Assembly (NCBI GenBank): GCA_965655095.1
Contig: OZ296652.1
Span: 100,316,001-100,380,000 of the forward strand
Length of the DNA: 64,000 nucleotides
Origin: Haplodiscus bocki
Taxonomy: Eukaryota
Direction: 5' to 3'
The notes below the pieces were generated by a model that searched no databases, was not told the DNA's origin, and worked only from the letters and a program-made list of their open reading frames with translations. The position numbers and the translations under genes are program-made. Below, one piece after another: positions 61,391 through 64,000 of this stretch; the first letter of the stretch is position 1; every line of letters starts with the position of its first letter.

Positions 61391-63583
61391 AGACAGCTCG
61401 ACCGAATGAACTTTTCCAATTTTATGAACTCGGACCAGGATTTCTGTTGAGAACAATTTGAGTATTTGCGGAAGAGGGCTAAATTATGCAAGTATCGCCT
61501 TATTTTCAATTAGCAGTAAGAAAGCTGTTTTGAAGGGCAGAAGAGCTCTTTCGACAGGCAAAACCACAAACAGCAAATGACTTCCAGGAAAGAAAGTTCA
61601 ACCTTACATTATTGAAACAACAAAGCCGAAAAAACCCACATATAGTTTGACCAATTAAGGCGGAACCGACTTAGGCCCTTCCCGGTTTGTTGAATATCTG
61701 ATTAGGTATAATTTATACTCACTAACATTGAGAAAAAAAAGATTTTCAGTCATCAAGAACATAACATAACAGAAACAAGATTGCGGCAACGTCCGAAAAT
61801 GAGTGATAGAAATCGATATAAATAGAATATTACTGGAAAAGGGGCACCAATATTGAAGCAAATGAATGATAGTAGACAGTTCACTTCTGTTGTATAAATT
61901 TTTGTTCATGTAACTTCTGGAGGTAATCCTGATACTGGTTTCGCGGAAAAAAAAAGATTTTGAATATCGACAAAATCCAATACAAATAGCCGTTCTTGGC
62001 ATAATGGGGTTTCCTAATGCTAGGAAATAACCCGCGATATCTTCATAGAGTGACTCGCAAAATGATAAAAAAAACGATGGAAACGTTGATTCAGAAAATG
62101 AAGCCTATAATTTTGGAGAAATTGACAACCAAGAAAAACCTTCACTAATAGCATTTTTCTGGAATATTAGCCCAATCTCTTTCTGCTGCAATGCCGAAAC
62201 CCTAAGAAATTATTGTTCAAAAATAACCTACAAGAAGGAAATTATCGATTCAGACCTTGATAGGGAAAATCCAGAAGCGGGAAAAAAGTCTGAATGTCGG
62301 GAAGGGTCCTACTGAAAGGGATTTTTAGGAATTTTCAACCTACCTATTCACTGTTCCAAGATATCATTTTGAAAGGAAAACAGCGAAAATTGCGTAAATG
62401 CCTAAAATAGCGGAATATGAATTGAAATTACGAAAGGGAATTGCTCTATATATATGTTGCGTATAATTCTAACAATAGTCAGGATTTATATTAATGCGAC
62501 TAGACGTTATTAATACAAAAGCAAATTTACTCAATGCAGACAAAAGTAACAAAAAGCAAAATTTTACAAATTTTATAGGACTATGATGGTATTTATTTGA
62601 AAACTTCCAACAAATGTAGCAAAAATTAGAAAAGTCGTTTTCGGCCATATTTTACATTTTTAGAGATTCTCCTGACTTTAGATATTAATTATGGATTTTT
62701 ATTTTATCAATAGATGCCTTTGATGTTTTCAGAGACAGCCGATGTCATCTGGCGGCGGAAAAGTTTTCAAAAACTCTTCAAAACCCATCTTGAATCTACT
62801 AAAGTTGAAAATCAAGGTATTAAAACAGGATGTTAAAATTATGATTTTTCTTTTTGCAACTTGTTCATTATTTTGGAGGAAGTGTTGAAGATAAAAAGTT
62901 CGGGGAACAAGCAAAACGAACAGATCATCTAATTCGTTTCTTGATATCTTGCGTCGCTGTCAAGATTTCTAACGAAAACTGTCAAAATTAGTCAAGTTAC
63001 GCCATGCTTGTATAATTTATATGCTCATGCCTACTCTGATCTCCTATTATTGACTCCTTCACTTGGGATTTAGTAAAGCGTATTAAAAATGCTTAGTCGC
63101 ATTAATTTAAATCATGACTGTATGTCTGTGACACAGCAGTAGCAGCCATCCTACTTACAGCTGGCGACATACAACTTAAGCAAATTTGTAACTATGCCGA
63201 GAAGTTTCAAGCAACAATTAGTGTTGCAGAAGTGTCCGATTCCGTTATGTCCTGTCTCGAAAAAGACGGTCAGTGTCGTACCAATAATTTCTTCCACCTT
63301 CGGTATTAAGAACGTGAAAACTTATTCAACAACAAACTTTAACTGAAATAATTTTTAAGGAACAGGGAAAAATTCAAGCCGACGTAAAAATATATTAAAA
63401 TAGATCTATAATTTTTCCAGATATAACTTTTATAAAGATCAGGATAAAAGAAAATGCGGTTTCTGCCTAATATTAGTGGAAAAAAATATATCAAAATAGA
63501 ATATCAGGGTAATGGAAAAAAATTCGATGAGCTATGAGCAATAAAGCACACTTCCAAAAAGGAGGGTGAGAATGAAAATTTTT

Positions 63584-64000
63584 TTAATAAAACCAGTAAA
63601 AAGTAAGCACCGACAGAGCACCAACGTACAAGGCAAAAACAAAATAGCATAGAATCCTGGGAACTAAATTTGGTGAAAAGGAAATAGGTTTATTGAAATT
63701 GCTGTCAACTATTAAAAACTCAAAGGAACCTGTTTGCCCAAATTTTGCAATTGTTGATTGACATTGGAGGCATAGATAATACGGCGAGAAGGAATTTAAG
63801 GCTTTGTACAGCGTAAACAAGAGAGAAGCGAATATTACGATATTTACAAATAGGCTTTTGACGAAGTCTGAGAACAAATTGTAGAAATACCGTACGGAGA
63901 AACTGCCGAAATCATGAAAACTAGTCAAGGAATGATAACAATACAGACAAGAAAAGATCCAAAGAAGGAAAAAGAGAAGACATAAAGCAAGCGTCACGGT
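63584..64000 (-). CDS. LITAF-like protein, copy 6 (5' part beyond window end)
   Basis: The C-terminal portion is identical and is cut by the window edge. Confidence 0.65.
   Translation of the reverse strand, partial: TVTLALCLLFFLLWIFSCLYCYHSLTSFHDFGSFSVRYFYNLFSDFVKSLFVNIVIFASLLFTLYKALNSFSPYYLCLQCQSTIAKFGQTGSFEFLIVDSNFNKPISFSPNLVPRILCYFVFALYVGALSVLTFYWFY

Larger units (their letters stand above)
37620..64000. repeat. Tandem array of a 4,752-4,754-bp unit, at least 5.5 near-identical copies, running off the window end
   Basis: The same ORF recurs at 39819, 44572, 49326, 54079, 58832 and 63584 (spacings 4753, 4754, 4753, 4753, 4752). Unit = 1.68-kb monomer + LITAF-like gene region + truncated LINE. 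Confidence 0.97.

Noticed and set aside
37620-64000. RT next to repeats interpreted as a retron, DGR or CRISPR-RT system
   Set aside because: The RT is a frameshifted eukaryotic CR1/L2-type LINE copied passively. The repeats are kilobase units with no spacer or variable-region structure.

Overview
AT-rich eukaryotic (animal-type) genomic DNA with spliceosomal introns. No prokaryotic operons or CRISPR arrays were seen. All homology calls come from recognising motifs by eye, with no database search. The window has three zones. (1) About 1-17 kb is a decayed mobile-element cluster. It holds two paralogous class-I viral fusion (Env/F-like) glycoprotein pseudogenes, a polypurine tract plus LTR-like end, and two unexpected enzyme cargos: a JmjC-type Fe(II)/2OG dioxygenase and a TARG1/OARD1-type macrodomain. 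No gag or pol was recognised there. (2) About 17-34 kb carries host genes on the minus strand (an SH2-domain exon, ARFRP1 in two exons, PSMG3) mixed with LINE, hAT, MITE and tRNA-derived SINE debris. (3) About 34-64 kb is a nested tandem amplification. Three diverged ~1.7-1.8 kb monomers lead into a near-identical 4,753-bp unit repeated at least 5.5 times up to the window end. Each unit holds one monomer, an intact 194-aa LITAF-like zinc-knuckle membrane protein gene and a dead, truncated CR1/L2-type LINE. The best candidates for something undescribed are the Env + JmjC + macrodomain retroelement-like cluster and the recently amplified atypical LITAF-like gene array.
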